64,000 nucleotides of DNA from Epiperipatus broadwayi (taxonomy: Eukaryota; Animalia; Onychophora). This document shows positions 1 through 13,863 of the stretch, one piece after another. Numbering within the stretch: the first letter of the stretch is position 1; each line of letters opens with the position of its first letter. The stretch is from NCBI GenBank assembly GCA_028023455.1, contig JAQFVV010000004.1, positions 17,608,001 to 17,672,000 of the forward strand, read 5' to 3'. The translations under genes were made by a program, and so were the position numbers. Below the pieces are notes generated by a model. It was not told where the DNA came from. It worked only from the letters and a program-made list of their open reading frames with translations, and ran no database searches.

Positions 1-354
1 AATATTTTTCACAAAGAATCCTGCATGATGAAATTTTTAAATCAATTTATTAATTATTAGCTAAAATCTATTATTTAACAATGTTTCATTTTGTTTTCAA
101 CTTGAACGCATCCCGTATAAAATAAATAAAAATTAAACTAAAAAGATATAATTAAAAAAAATCTGTTTTACATTTCAAATTACAGTTTCTTCCTTAATGA
201 GCAGTAACGCAGCTAACACACCAAATAAAATGTTTAACAAAATGAAAACTAAAAATATTTTAATTAATCTGTACAAATGGCAAAATCAAAGTATTTTAAG
301 TAATTACTTCAAACAACTGACACACATGATCACAGACATGTGAAAAAGATAGAT

Positions 355-830
355 GATTCCCAATATACATACTTTGTGCACAACAAGCACTCATATCAGT
401 TGGGCCAGATCACAATCTCCCACATATATGTACAATCAGTGCTCGGCTTATATTAGGTTAGCAATTCTTCAACATTTAATGGACAGGCTTCAATCTTCTC
501 ATCCTTCCAACTATTTAATAGTTCATTTCATTTAAAAACTAATGCTGAACATTTGGTGGATTTGATATTGTAGTCATATCCATGTAGACATTATGTCAAT
601 CTAACCCTTCACATGGGTACGACTACAATATCAAATCCACCAAGGATTTTGAGCATTCCACTGTTGATTTTTCAATGAAATGGACAGTTGAAGATTAAAG
701 CCTGTCCATTAAAGTTTAAGCACTGCTATCTTAATAAAAGCTGAGCACTGATTGTAAATAGGTGTGGGAGATAATGATTTGATCAAACTGATGACTGCTG
801 GTTTTGCATGAAATACCCATATTAGGGATC
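355..830. mobile_element. Foldback element with terminal hammerhead-like motifs (family B, copy 1)
   Basis: About 140-bp imperfect inverted arms (355-~498 and ~690-830) plus a perfect nested 23-bp inverted repeat (553-575/621-643). Homologous to 36647-37006. Right arm has CTGATGA (788-794) and GAAA (810-813). Confidence 0.8.
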
Positions 831-1367
831 ATCTATCGTTGTTCTCATGTACGTGGTCATGTGTGTTGGTTGTTTGACATGAATGAAGGACGAATATAGA
901 CTGAAAAATCTTATCCCTCTATTTATTTATATAAACTCTTAATGAATAGATTAAGCAGAACTAATAAAAAGTTGGATTAACCAAAAAAAAAAAAAAAAGA
1001 GTAAGGTCTGCAAAGTAGAGAACAAAGAAAGACGAAAAACATGGACTGGTCTTCATAACAGTTTAATACCAACAGAAGGTTCTCTAGGAGAATCTAGGCA
1101 AGTTTAGAGGCAATTCTTGGTCTTTATTATTATTATTTTGGTAGCCTTGAGTTTAATGTTAAAGGTAAATATTTATATTGCAAATATTCATATACAAAGT
1201 GTAAGATAATGGTATTACAGATTTTAGAATAATTAGTAATTAAATATAATTCCAACATGCTGTGCTCTGAGGGTCTTTTTCATTTGCAGTATGTTAATTG
1301 ATTTGTACTCTTAGTTATAATCATGATTGCATTAATTGCATTGCAAGTCCAAACATAGCATATTAAT

Positions 1368-2972
1368 TGGCGCAGTTGGACAATCGAATATAGGACATAG
1401 TAACAATTTGTATCGAGACTGTTAGAGCACAAATAATCAGTGAGTTGAAATTAAAAGCTAGACAGGATGTAGGTAGATTAAAACTGTGAATGGCCAAGCC
1501 AATAGGGAAGAATATGCAACAGGACAGTTACAAATAGATGAATTTGACATTAATACCCCATCTGAGTGGCCCATTTATACAAATTATATAGATATTTTAT
1601 TGTTAATAAAATTAAACATGATGTAACAAAATTGTCACACTACTCCTATTAGAAGGACCAAGAATAATTGGGGTCACAAACTGGCTGAACTCGAAAATCA
1701 TGAAAGTCTGTCTTATATAAAATTGATCATGTGACAATAATCAATTTAGCCCTAAGACATCGAAGCACATAGCTCACCTTCATTTGTAAAATAGATGCCA
1801 AGTGAAGGGGGGAAGGGTTGCAGAAATTTCAAGACTACCTTGCAAGACTGGCAAGAAATTGTGCATATGGGGATTACTTAGAGTGTAAGGGATGAACGAT
1901 GACAGACTTCAATAATAGGTAATAGCTATTGCAAGCCTATAAAATATCTGGATGCCAACAAAAGAGGCAGGACTTATGAGTTATTACTGAGTAACTCTAA
2001 AGAGTTTCAATAATCTAACATAAATGGTCCAAAATAGACTACAATCTATAAGGCAAGCAAAGCAGAAGGGTCACAAAAAGTGATAATTGACGACTACCAC
2101 TATGGAAGGAGTGGACATTTTGCACATAAATACACCTGAAAAAGTGAAAAATGCAACAACTGTGAAAAAGTAGATCATGTCTGCTACACTAAAGTTAAAA
2201 CAAATACAAATAAAAATCTGCAGAAAGCAAAGTTAGGAAATCAGAACATTTTACCGGAATAAAGAAGTCAAAGATAAATAATGGGCAGTAAATAATGTTA
2301 GCAATACATATATGTGATAAATCAATAGAAATGGAGATAAAGGTACTATAGTATCTATCATATTGCAGAGAAACTGGTCTGAGTTAAATAAAAAAGTCAA
2401 AGACCAACCAAGAGTAGAAAAACAGAGCTAAAAGCCAAAGACACAAATAGATATCCCATTACTATTATTGGGATTGTAAAAGTAATGGTAGCCATAAATA
2501 GTTGTCAGGAAAACTAAATATATATTGTTAAAAGTAATATAACACCAATGATTTGTCCCTTTAGGCATTAAAAACTATGCATGATAAATAAAGTAAATAT
2601 TGAAAAAGAAATAAAGGCTAAATTTCCTAAACTTTTTGCAGTGAAGCGAGGAAAAATTAACAGTAAATCAGTTGAAATTGAGCTTTACAAAGGCATAAAG
2701 CCCACATTGCAAGCCAAGAAAGATACCTTTTGCACAAGTATCACTGGTTGAAAAGACAATAGATGAATGCCTATGGAAGGCACAGAATGGCCTACATCCA
2801 CAGTCATCATAGTAAAACGAATGGACAAATCTATAAATGTGGAACCTATAGGCTGATGCAAAGCTAAAAGTTCATATCCTGTGCTGAACATCAGAGATAT
2901 ACTAGTTGGCCTAGATGGAGCAAATTATTTCGCAAACTTTATTTGAATGCTGCATTTTATCAGGTACCAGTG
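1368..2972 (+). mobile_element. Decayed Gypsy/Ty3 (Mag-like) LTR retrotransposon, 5' half: PBS, gag, protease, RT N-terminus
   Basis: PBS-like TGGCGCAGTTGG at 1368. Remnants of gag, a CCHC knuckle (~2150-2190), protease and the RT start (LNAAFYQVPV near 2944-2972), with many stops and frameshifts. Confidence 0.7.
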
Positions 2973-4195
2973 TCAAATACAGCTTTGTGAAATAATTTGC
3001 TCCATCTAGGCCAACTTTTGCTGTAACTACTCTCAAGTGTTCCCTGATGAAGTATTTCTAGTATTTAAGAATCATCCTTTATAATGCATGTCTCTATTTT
3101 TGATAACTGTTGCCACCTACTCCATAAAGATTTATTTAAGTAATAAGTTACTAGGCCATACATGTCTAATCCACTTATGTGTCTGTTAGCCTGTTGTTTT
3201 TTTATTACACCAAAAATAGGTTTTACTATTTACTTTTCAGACTTCCAGTGGTCCAGATAAATTATTTCAACTTATATGTTTTTTCCCTCAATTCTGGTAA
3301 GCAATGATAGCACACCTGCATGTTTGTTTGACTATCTTTCTGATATTGTAATTCATAATCATAGGCCAATAATAAATTGTACCAGTGAAGCTTTTTTTTT
3401 TATTTGCCAATATTCACAACAATGTATGATTGTCGGTTATTATCTTAAGCAATTGACCATAAATGTAGTGATGGAATTTCCAAACTGGCACTATTATAGC
3501 TAAAGCCTCCTTGTCCAATCGGCTGTAGTTTTTTTTTTTGCTTTTATCATGTCATAGACATAAAAGGTATAGGGATTTGCCATTTGTAAATGGATGACTG
3601 AGTGCTCCTTCTCGTAATCAGATGCATCGATTGTTAATGTTGTATCAAGACATTTGTTATAATGTACAAATAGATAGTTTAAGATGAGAAATGTCTTGGT
3701 TTCTTGAAAGGTGCTCTCTTATGGCTTTTTCCAACTGCTTCGCTGATTTTTCTGAAGTAGTTCATACAAAGGAGTGGCTACATGGGTTTTTCCTTTTAGA
3801 AAATTTTCAAAAAAATTAACCAGTCTCAAAAAGGTCTGAAATTCTTTAACATTCTTGGAAATTTGGGCATTAATAATTGCTGTAATTTTTTTAGGATCAT
3901 GTCTGATTCCTGCCCTTGAAATAGTATGGCCTAAAAACTTGATTTCCGATGCACTCCAAATACATTTTTTCAGATTAAGTTTAGCTCCATATTTTTCTAG
4001 CCTTTCACATACTTTATCCAATTAATTTTGTAGCATTTTTTCTGATTCTGCAGTCATGAATATATTGTCAAAATATGATGTCACTCCATTCAGTCCTTCT
4101 AATAATGTGCTCATCTTCACTTGGAATATATTCAGGATAATGGTTACCCCAAATTGCAAATGATTAGAATTATACAATCCTTTGTGCACTACATA
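2973..4195 (-). mobile_element. Inverted 3' half of the same Gypsy element: RT core, RNase H, integrase N-terminus
   Basis: Minus strand reads HKGLY..LQFGV, YFDN (decayed YxDD), ORF 3719-4021 (KLNLKKC...FLGHTIS...FLRLVNFF), the DASDY RNase H motif, then an integrase zinc-finger remnant. Confidence 0.78.
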
Positions 4196-4199
4196 ATCA

Positions 4200-5480
4200 T
4201 TCCACAGAACTCAACCTTTCTCTTTTATATTCTTTCATTTCTCATCAATTATTCATAAGTTCTTGCTAATTCTTCACTCTTGCATAAAGATTTTAAACAA
4301 TATATATTTACATAATCAATTTAATTCTCAGTACTCCTATTAATTTTTTTCATTAACTTATTATTAAGTTCACTCCATTTTTATCTTAAGTCTAATCTGC
4401 TTCTTTTTTCCTTAGATACCTACTTCATCTCATCTTTACTTCCTCTTCTCCCACTTGACTTTTTAACAGCTTTTTTATAATTCCTATATACCTTCTTTCT
4501 TTTACACTTTCTCATATAAATCACTCCTATTCATAACTTTTAAAATGACAAACTTTCGTTATGAACACTACTATATTCTTCTTTTTTTTTATTCATCAAC
4601 ATTAACTTTTTTATCTTTAGTAATTCCCTTTGTCTATCAACACATAACCATATTCTAGACCATGTAAACTTCCCACCATATACTTGATTCAAATTCCCAA
4701 TTTTCAATCCACTTTTCTCACACATTCTGCTCTATTCATATTCTCCATTCCATCAACTTCATTAATATGACCATTTGTATCATCTATAATCAATATTTTA
4801 TAATTATTCTTTCAAAACTCACTTATATTCCTATATAAACATCCCCAAGTACTTTCATTTCATTCTTTCATATCCTTCCCATTTCCATTAGTCAAACATA
4901 CTATAACACACATTCCCTTCTCTCTATCCAACTTCAATCTAATTCATATACCATATTTTACAATTTCTTTCTAAAACACTCTCCTTAATAATAACTCTTA
5001 TATTGCTTTTTTCTTAACCATATCATATCTATTTAACACCATTAATATTTTTAAAGAATTAGCTATTCTTCAAATATGTCTCTAACACTATTAACAAACT
5101 AATTTTTCTCCTATAAAATCTTTAATTTTTTCCCTCTATTCAAAATTTCATATTAATACTTCCTTCTTTTAAATATTATTTTCTTTAATTATGTCTAGAT
5201 AATGCCCCCCAAAAATTCTTTTTTATCTTTAGTTTTCCCTCATTCTACTTTTATCCACATTATTTTTTTGTCTAATTACAATTTTATATATAAACATATT
5301 CTTCCATTTTATATCTACATCCAACATTGCACCCTTATTTTTCTCTCTCTTTAGTTTGCTGGATAATACAATTTATTTTAAATTAACTCATCTAATATTT
5401 TATCCCCTATTTGTAGCCTATTTTTTAAATAAATTTGTATTTCTAATGAATACAATGCATTTAAAAAAATTAACATCATT
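4200..5480 (-). mobile_element. Heavily decayed non-LTR retrotransposon (LINE) RT remnant
   Basis: Purine-rich minus strand with a KYLGMF motif (4835-4854). Similar in character to 25600-26830. Clade not resolved. Confidence 0.55.
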
Positions 5481-6135
5481 ATTCTCATGCTCAAATTAAT
5501 TCCACATTAGTTATTTAAATTTATATCAGTATAAAATTTGGGAAATAATCTTATCTGCCTATTCCTTTACTTCAAACTCCTAATCATATCCTCAGCTTTT
5601 ATCAATCCATTCCAGAACTTGATTTATCAAAGGAAATTTTGTTAATAATAATAATTATATAACATTTTATTTAACATAATTTTGACTTTTAACATTTCAT
5701 CTAATTAATGCAAATTTATTCACTAAATTCAGTAAGAGAAAGAAAAAAGGAAAGAAGATAATGTAAATATATTTGTCTGTAAATTACCATATTATTTTTT
5801 ATATTAAAACCTCCCTCATAATTGTCTACAATATTTGCTCAAATTAAATTTGAGATGCACTAAATTAATTTTTTTTAAAAACAATTAGAAAATGAAAGTT
5901 TAGTTATGACTGTAGTTCTTACTGAATTATGAATAAATCTTTGACTTTAAATTAAAAAAGTTAACATTTTAACTGGTAGCAAAATTAGAATATAAATTAT
6001 TGATAAATATAATTTTTAAATTTTAATTTTTTTTTTTTGTCTTCAATAAACATTACACATCTATGGTTAATATTAAACTTAGTGAAGCTTTCTTGAATCA
6101 AAATCTTTAAAGCATGCTAATTATAATATTTTTCA

Positions 6136-7611
6136 GTACCGATCTACTTGACTATTTACAGTCCATTTTCTCTTTAATTGTTTCTTTAAAACACAGCGTC
6201 TATGTCACCAAATAATTCTGGGATAATTAATCGATAAAATGAAGATGCAACACATTTTACTAGCTAAAATCTAGTTTCATAAAGAGTTAAAAAAATACAA
6301 CAGAAAACTAAAAGATAAAAAGGAAACAATATTTTCCTGCCACTGTGCATTACAATAAATACTTTTTTCCTTTTAATTTGTTAGAAATTAATTTTGCATT
6401 CTTAATTCTTATTGTTAAAATATTTTTATTTGAAAGCCAACTGGAGACATTAGACTTGGAAGTGTTCATTTAATTTTTTTTTTTTTTAAGTTTTTAATGT
6501 AAAAAAAAGGTAAAAACCTCATTACGTTCTTCATTTAGAGACCTTGGGTTGTCTGTAATGGAGAAAAGAAAGGTAAAGGGAGTTTAGAGCAATTTTGCAT
6601 TTTCCATGCATACTGCCAATAAAATACCCAGTTAAAAATAAAAGCAACAATGCCATTTACTTTTGGATTTTTGTGAAGTCGAAAAGTAAATAACTATCAG
6701 GCGGATGGAGGGTGGGTGGTCCAAATCAATAAGAAAGAAGTTTCACTTTTTAAACCTTTTTTTTGGTTAATTTGTAGTTGTTTCAAAGCCAGCTAGTACA
6801 TTTTTATTTGAATTATTGGTTGGATTTGTACTTTGTATTGAATGTAGCTGACAAACATTGTTTTCATTAAAGTAGACAAAACTTCTACAACTGGCTTATT
6901 AATCATTTTTATTAATCACTCATTAGACTAGAGATTATCCAATAAATGAATATTTCTGTAGTATAATTTTCATTACACCACTTTCATGCTAGGTAGGGAA
7001 TGTTTTCTATCCAATTTTAAGATCTTGTGGAGTGATGTTAAAAATGGATAGAAAACATTCTCTACCTTGCATGAGAATGGTGTGATGAAAATTACACTAC
7101 AGCGATATTATTCATTCTACAATTGGCTGCTTTGTTCCCTTCTCCCTCCCTCTCCTCACTTTTTCAGAAAAAAGAAATTTCAAAATTTTTAAAGACAAAA
7201 TAATAAAAATTGCAAATTACAAATACTATAAGAGGTTGTTTGAAATTATACATCAGTTAATTTTGCAAGTCTATATTAGGTAGTATTATGAAGAGAAATC
7301 CAAAAAAAACTTGGAAACTTAGAATTAACTGTAACCCCCTCCCCTCCCATTTTCTCAAAACAAAAGAAGAAATTGAAAAGATAAATCATACCAAAAATTC
7401 ACACATAAAAAAAGATCTGTCAATAAACGGTAATAAATGTTTTTAGATTCCACTTTGAATTTATAAATGTAGTATTAAGATAAATCTTATTTTTCAAATC
7501 CAAATAATTTTTAATTTATCGATTAGTCATCCCAGTATTCTTTCATAACATCAAAGCAGTGTTTTACATAAACAATTAAAGAGAAAATGGACTGCCGATT
7601 TAGATTGGTAC
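6136..7611. mobile_element. Non-autonomous DNA transposon (MITE-like) with ~105-bp imperfect terminal inverted repeats
   Basis: 6136-~6240 is the reverse complement of ~7505-7611 (shared core cagtccattttctctttaattgttt). No coding capacity and no clear TSD. Confidence 0.65.
6946..7115. repeat. Nested ~170-bp palindrome
   Basis: Arms ctgtagt.taattttcat.acacca...gaatgttttctatcca and their reverse complement, around a ~30-nt loop. Confidence 0.8.
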
Positions 7612-7682
7612 CATTTTTTTTCGATCAAAATATAAAAGACAATTTGTTTTGCAAATTTAATAAGTATATGTTAATTACATAC

Positions 7683-7829
7683 CTCAGCATTTCGGCAGTG
7701 TATTAAATAAGATAACATGTGTTTTATTAATGCTAGCACTGGTTTTAATATGGCCATAATTTTTGAAACTTGACTATTAGTGGGTGGAATACCTTGCTGC
7801 CATGGAGATCGCTGCATTTCACCAAGTTT
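7683..7829 (-). CDS. VIRMA: Virilizer/VIRMA internal exon (last found in window), 147 nt, phase 0 to 0
   Basis: Acceptor gttgatgtttcag, donor gtatgt. Reads KLGEMQRSPWQQGIPPTNSQVSKIMAILKPVLALIKHMLSYLIHCRNAE, versus recalled human KLNSILTQPW...LTLLKTMLTELLRGGSFE(FKD). The expected next exon (FKD...) was not found in 1-7682. Confidence 0.85.
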
Positions 7830-9857
7830 CTGAAACATCAACAACAATAAATTTAATTAGATTATGAAAAAAAAAATACACATTCATATACCATATTTAT
7901 GCATAAACTAGAGTTGTATAGTTTTGCTTGTTTAAAAAGCATTTGAATTGCAGTATAATTTAAAAGAACTTAATTATTAAATATCATTATTGTATATAAG
8001 GTTTGGTTATAATCTATCAGGGCTAGAATTGACAGGGAATGATATATGGCTGATGAAACTGTTCAGATAAAAATTTTTTTGAAAACTTTCAGATATTTTT
8101 TCAATCAGATAATAGCAATTACCACCAGAAGACATATTTGCTTATTCAATAATGCTTCATCAAGTATGTATTTAGTGACTCGGTCTTAAGAATATTAAGT
8201 AAAATCAAATTAACTTGAGCATTGTTTACATTTGCAATAAACACAATTTTATTTTTACATTTGTTATTGTCTCAATTTATTTTTGTTTAGTTAATGACCT
8301 GGATACTAACGCTATGACATTACAAATATTATTTATTCTATGAACAGTGTAGTATTTTATTTTCAATAAATGTTTTAGTTAAAAAATAATACAAGTGATA
8401 AGAATACTCCAGAAGTTAAAATTAAATGCGTTCATCAATGACAATGGAAAATGAATAGAATTGGATAATTAAAAGGTTTTTCAGAGTGAAAAGAACAGAA
8501 GAGTAAGGTTGGAGGGAAAAGATAAAATCATACAAAATAGTGGATCTAGAAAGTGAACTCAATTGTTTTCACAAAGGAATGTAAAGAATGGAATGTTTCC
8601 GAAAAGGGAACAAATAAATGACAGGCTATAAAAACTCAGGATTGCAGAGTTAAGTGCTGTTTTTTCTTCTTTTGTCATGGAAGCATTATGATACTCATAA
8701 CTGGTATCATTGGGGACAAGTCAAAGTTTCTGCGAGGGAATAAACCCAGATGATTCAGGATCTGAAGGTACAAAAATCTGACTAGTATATTTCATATAGT
8801 TGCGGAAAGAATCAGCCATGAAATGAGGAGGTAATTGTCGGACAATATTTGAGAAAAGGATAGAGATTGTATTTTCTGTATGTAATTATATTTAGAGTTT
8901 GCAAATATTCTACTTTTGTTTGTATAACATATAATAAATACTCATTAATAAATTAGTTTAGATTAAGTAATTGTGGATTTCTCACTTGAGTTGTGGGTAA
9001 ATAAATAGTAAGAGAAATTGTAAATCTAAATACATTACCCAATACTTCATATCATAAATTTATAATATATATGTACACATCATTATATAAATATATATAG
9101 TTTCTTATATTATTACTTTAAAGCAAAGATTTTCAAGGATAAAAGATGACAATGTATATTTCTGATTCATTCATGTATACATTTTCTTGTTATTAATATT
9201 ATTATCATATTTATATAATCATATAATATGTAAGACAATTTTTTTTTCAAACAAAAAAAAACAACACCTTTTTTTTTTTTTTACATTATTTATTACACTT
9301 CCACTAAAATAAACAAAAATATACATTTCTGTAAACACTTTCCCTATTGGTTTTCTTTTTTAATTATTATTTATATTATAATTGCAATAAAATATTTGGA
9401 ACATATAATTTATTTTTAAATTATTTCAAAAATTTTTTTGCTTAAAATTATTTATAAAGATATAAATATTACTAGCATTGATAGTTCTATTCCATCATTT
9501 TCAATAAAGCAGATCTCAGAATTATTTAATTTACAATAAAAACATTTACTCTAAATACAACAGAACAAAATGAGATTGATAAAAACTGCTATACTAATGA
9601 CTTCAACAAAAACAAATCTGGTATGTAAACAGTAAATATAAACTATCAGTTAACAATATCTTATGCAACAGCAGAATGACAGACTCATGAGTTAACAGTT
9701 CCTGAATTAAAACTCAATTCCCAAGCAATCAAGTATTGATTATTTATTATATTTAAATAAAGTCTATGAAATCAAAAATAATTTGAAAAATAATAAATGA
9801 ATACAAAAACACACAATAAAAAAAAAATTTAATTATTAAAAATTAGGATGAAATAAA

Positions 9858-11097
9858 TGATATCATCATCATCACCATCAACCATTATCAATCCACCGCA
9901 GGATGAAGGTCTCTCCAAGTTCAATCCATCTTCTCTGATTTTTAGCTTCTCTTCTCCACACCACTCCTGCACACTTTCTTATTTCATCAATCCATCTCAC
10001 ATGTGGTCTCTTTCTGGGTCTTTTACAATCTCTTGGAATCCAGTTTAAAATTTCAATTGTCCATCTACTATCATCTCTTCTAGCAATATGTCCAGCCCAA
10101 CTCCAGTCTTTTCATTTTTTTAATGAGGTCAGTAACACCTGTTTATTCTCTTACCCATATATTGCGTTTTCAATCTCTTCTTGTTACTCCTAACATGCAT
10201 CTCTCCATACTTCTTTGAATGGTCTGAAGTCTCTGTATTGCTCTTTTATTAAGTGTCCAAGACTCAGATCCATAAGTAAGAACTAATAAAACGCATTTAT
10301 TAAAAACTTTCCTTTTCAAACACATAGGCATATTTCCTTTTAATATCAAGTTATTTCTACCAAAAACACTCCAACCAAGTTTAATTCTATGATTAATTCC
10401 AACCATCATGTTTCCATCTGTATTAATAATCTGACCAAAGTATTTGTAACTGTTAACTTCTTCTAACTCATCATAATCAATCTTTATTTTCATATTTTGA
10501 GAGAATCGATTAAACATTACTTTAGTCTTTTTAACATTTATCTTTAGTCCTACTTCCATCTGATAACTCCTGCAACATTTTTTGCAGCTCTAAAGCATTA
10601 TTTGCAAAAACAACTATATTATCTGCAAAATCTAAATGATTTAAATAATCTCCATTTACTTTCATTCCTTTAGCTTCCCATTTTAATTCACAAAATACTT
10701 TTTGCAGCACTGCTGTAAAAAGGTTTGGAGATATGGAATCACTCTGTCTTACACCCTTCTCAATGCTGACTTTCCCAGTATTATTATGTAATCTAATTGT
10801 TGCTGTTGCATTTTTATAAATATTCTTTAAAATATGACAATATCCTGGATCTATACCTTGATGACCCAATGCTTTAATCACTGAAGAAATGTTTATAGAA
10901 TCAAATGCCTTTTCATAATCTACAAATCCAAAGCATAATGGCAACTCATATTCATTTGTTCTTTCTATAACTTCTCTCAATACCTGGATATGATCTACTG
11001 TACTAAAACCACTTTTAAACCCAGCTTGTTTGTTCTCTTGGTTGGTGAAAATCCAATGTTCTCTGTAGACGAGTTGTAATTATCTTGATAACAATAT
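9858..11097 (-). mobile_element. RTE-clade LINE, 5'-truncated (RT domain and 3' end)
   Basis: ORFs 10531-10980 (FVDYEKAFDSI, GVRQSDSISP, FADNIV) and 10170-10559 (GLKINVKKTKVM, LTYGSESWTL). (GAT)n microsatellite tail at 9858-9875. Same family as 54588-56230. Confidence 0.9.
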
Positions 11098-11099
11098 TA

Positions 11100-11308
11100 A
11101 TACCATGCCATTTCACACTAATAATTATTTGTATTTTTGAAAATCTTATATATTCTGACTAGTTGTAATGCATATTCTGGCTCTTACAAATAATATATTT
11201 TTGTATATCATTTTTGTTTTTTATAAGAGTCAAAATATGCATTACAACTAGTCAGTATATATAAGATTTTCAAAGACAAATAATTATTAGTGTGAAATGT
11301 CATGGTAT
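11100..11308. repeat. ~210-bp foldback hairpin abutting the RTE 5' truncation point
   Basis: About 88-bp arms (ataccatg.catttcacactaataattatttgt...ctgactagttgtaatgcatatt) with few mismatches. Confidence 0.85.
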
Positions 11309-11552
11309 CCACATTTCACATTGATTTTTGAATTTCATTCATTAATTCTTTTGTCATTTAACTTGAAACTATCTTAATATATGAAACAATGTGATATAAT
11401 AATTTTCAATGATGGTTAATATGTTGTTGTTGTTTTTTTCCAGATTATGAACATTATATAATTTGAAGGATAAAAAAAAAAATAGTGAACTTTATACATC
11501 CTACAAATATATTGTCCACAGTTTATTACAATTAATTCATTTATTCTAAAAA

Positions 11553-11740
11553 TCACATGATCACCATTCTTTATGCTAAGATCTAGGTGCAGTGCTCTCA
11601 GATCCAAGGCTCCTCACTGATGAAAACCACAATGATATTGGATGCGTAGACACTAGATAGGGATTTTATGCATATACCTTCCTACATCCATTGATTACTT
11701 TGGCTTGAACTGAGTGGTTCTACAGTATGAAGAAATTTGA
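11553..11740 (+). mobile_element. Hammerhead-bearing PLE-type short element (family A), internally deleted copy
   Basis: Shares gtgcagtgctctcagatccaaggctcctcaCTGATGA and the tail ...gatagggattttatgca...catccattgatt... with other family A copies. The GAAA-CTAGTC part is deleted. Confidence 0.75.
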
Positions 11741-13863
11741 CTCTGTGTTATTTTAAAAATCTAAAGCTTCAAAGGAGCTATATCATAAAATCATATAGTT
11801 AACATAATATTTCTATATACAGTGTACTGCTATATGGAGATTGTTATTTGTGATTCAAAAAAAAAAAAAAAGAAGACCATTACTAATAAATCTATTTCTA
11901 AATTTTAAAAAAACAATCATATTTAATACTTATATACACAAACAACATAATGCAATCACTTTATTAAATTTTCCAATTTAACTACCAGTTTAATCTGTAT
12001 AATAATCTTCTTTAAAGCTGTAAATATATAATAAAGATTTGTAGTGGGAGGTTTAATTCTCATGAGATTTGTGAAACCAATTAAAAATGCAGCACATATT
12101 TATCCTAACAAATTTCTAATTCTTTTAATAATTTTGAAAAAAATGATAACAAAAAGTGGATTTACATATCTAAAATAAATTTTAAAAATATTAATTAATA
12201 AATTTAATAAACTAAAAGTATATATACACATATAATCACTGCATTTAATTTGGAAATAAAACTTAATAGTAAAAACTAAAAAACTTTTTAAAAAAATGTT
12301 AGTTTAATAATATTCTCTCCTTAATTTGATTCTTGAAAGTTTTAAAATATAATCATTGCTTAGATCAGATGATAAACAGATAATATTATGATATATAGAA
12401 GATTTCAAAAAGTTTAGTATACAGATCATTTCATATTTGAAAAAACCTATTTGCTTATAATTGGATGATAAAAAATACAATTGGAAAAAATAATAAAGAA
12501 TTCTATTTATTTTTAGATCATTTGACAGAAATGAATTTATATTTTATTTTACATCTTACTAAAATAATCCAAAATGGAATTAACTAATCTCTCTCTCACT
12601 ATAAAATAACAAACAAATCCATCATCTCTACAACAACAAATTATACAAAATAGAAGATCATTTATTCTTTGCATTCTAATGATATTAAATTTAGTTTGCA
12701 AATAATGTTAAAATTTAGAAATGAAAATTAATATAGAAACCAAATCCAAATACGCCAATTTTAGTTATGAATTAATACTCAGTTACATAAAGAATAAAGA
12801 CAACTTATGCTAAACAACTTTGCATTAACTATTCATTATAAGTCAAAATAAATAAATAATTTTTAAATTCATACAGCACAATTAATGTATAATAAAAATC
12901 GAACTGGAGTTGATTAATCTCTTCCTAATTTACAGCATCATTAGCAAACTAAGTTCATACCAATGCAATGTAAAGAAACGCCTATTTTTGGAAAAGTAAT
13001 GAATTAATTAGGAAAGCTCAGATAATTCCAATTCAATTTATAACATACTTTAAGGCAAATTTAATATTTATTTCTTTAATTTGATTTGTAATGAATTCTC
13101 AATGTAGAGATTGCTTAAAATAAGGCACACTTCATAAATAAGGTTGCTGTATTTAGATATGCCTTACATATCAATTTCTACTCCCAAATTTCAATATTCT
13201 TAGCAACTTTAAGTTTAATATCATTAGATCACAAATGGCTGCTCTATTTTCTATATAGATTGCTAGTATAGAGTGATAAATCCATTATAGTCATCTTCAG
13301 TTTGGTTTATAATATACATTAAAGTTGTGCTAATTTAAGTTACTTATCTGACTGAAATATTATATTTTTTTCTATTAGTACAATATCTTTCAATAATAAC
13401 TCACACTTAAAAAAAAACAAAAACAATTGCAATAAAGTTAGATGCACAAAAGCTGCCAATTTTTAATTCTTTAAGTGTCAGTAAATAACTTTTGTTCCTT
13501 CATAGCCAGGAATCAAGATTTTGCATGTGATCTTCAAGGGCAAATTTTTATATATAATTCACAAACATTTATTTAAGAAAACTTTTAAAAGCAAGAAACT
13601 TTTATATATTTTAAACTAAATAATTAAAAAAACTATCTTTTTTACAAAATTATCAATTATTTATAAGATTCACAGCAATTTAAACTCTCTAAGATGAATT
13701 ACCTAGGAAATATTATAAAAAAAGAAAAGACCATTCATTCAATAGCAGTCAATTAACTCTAGCTACATCAAACTAAAAGGAATGAAATTAACATTTCTGT
13801 CTATCAGTAAATGATAAAATGTGATTACCCAAATAATTACAGTTAATATATATAAAAAGGTCA

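Noticed and set aside
8123-8184. Possible alternative minus-strand exon (62 nt, phase 1 to 0; DRVTKYILDEALLNKQICLLV)
   Set aside because: Same phase as exon 14163-14248, but it has no resemblance to VIRMA and a weak AAG acceptor. The real exon already fills this slot.
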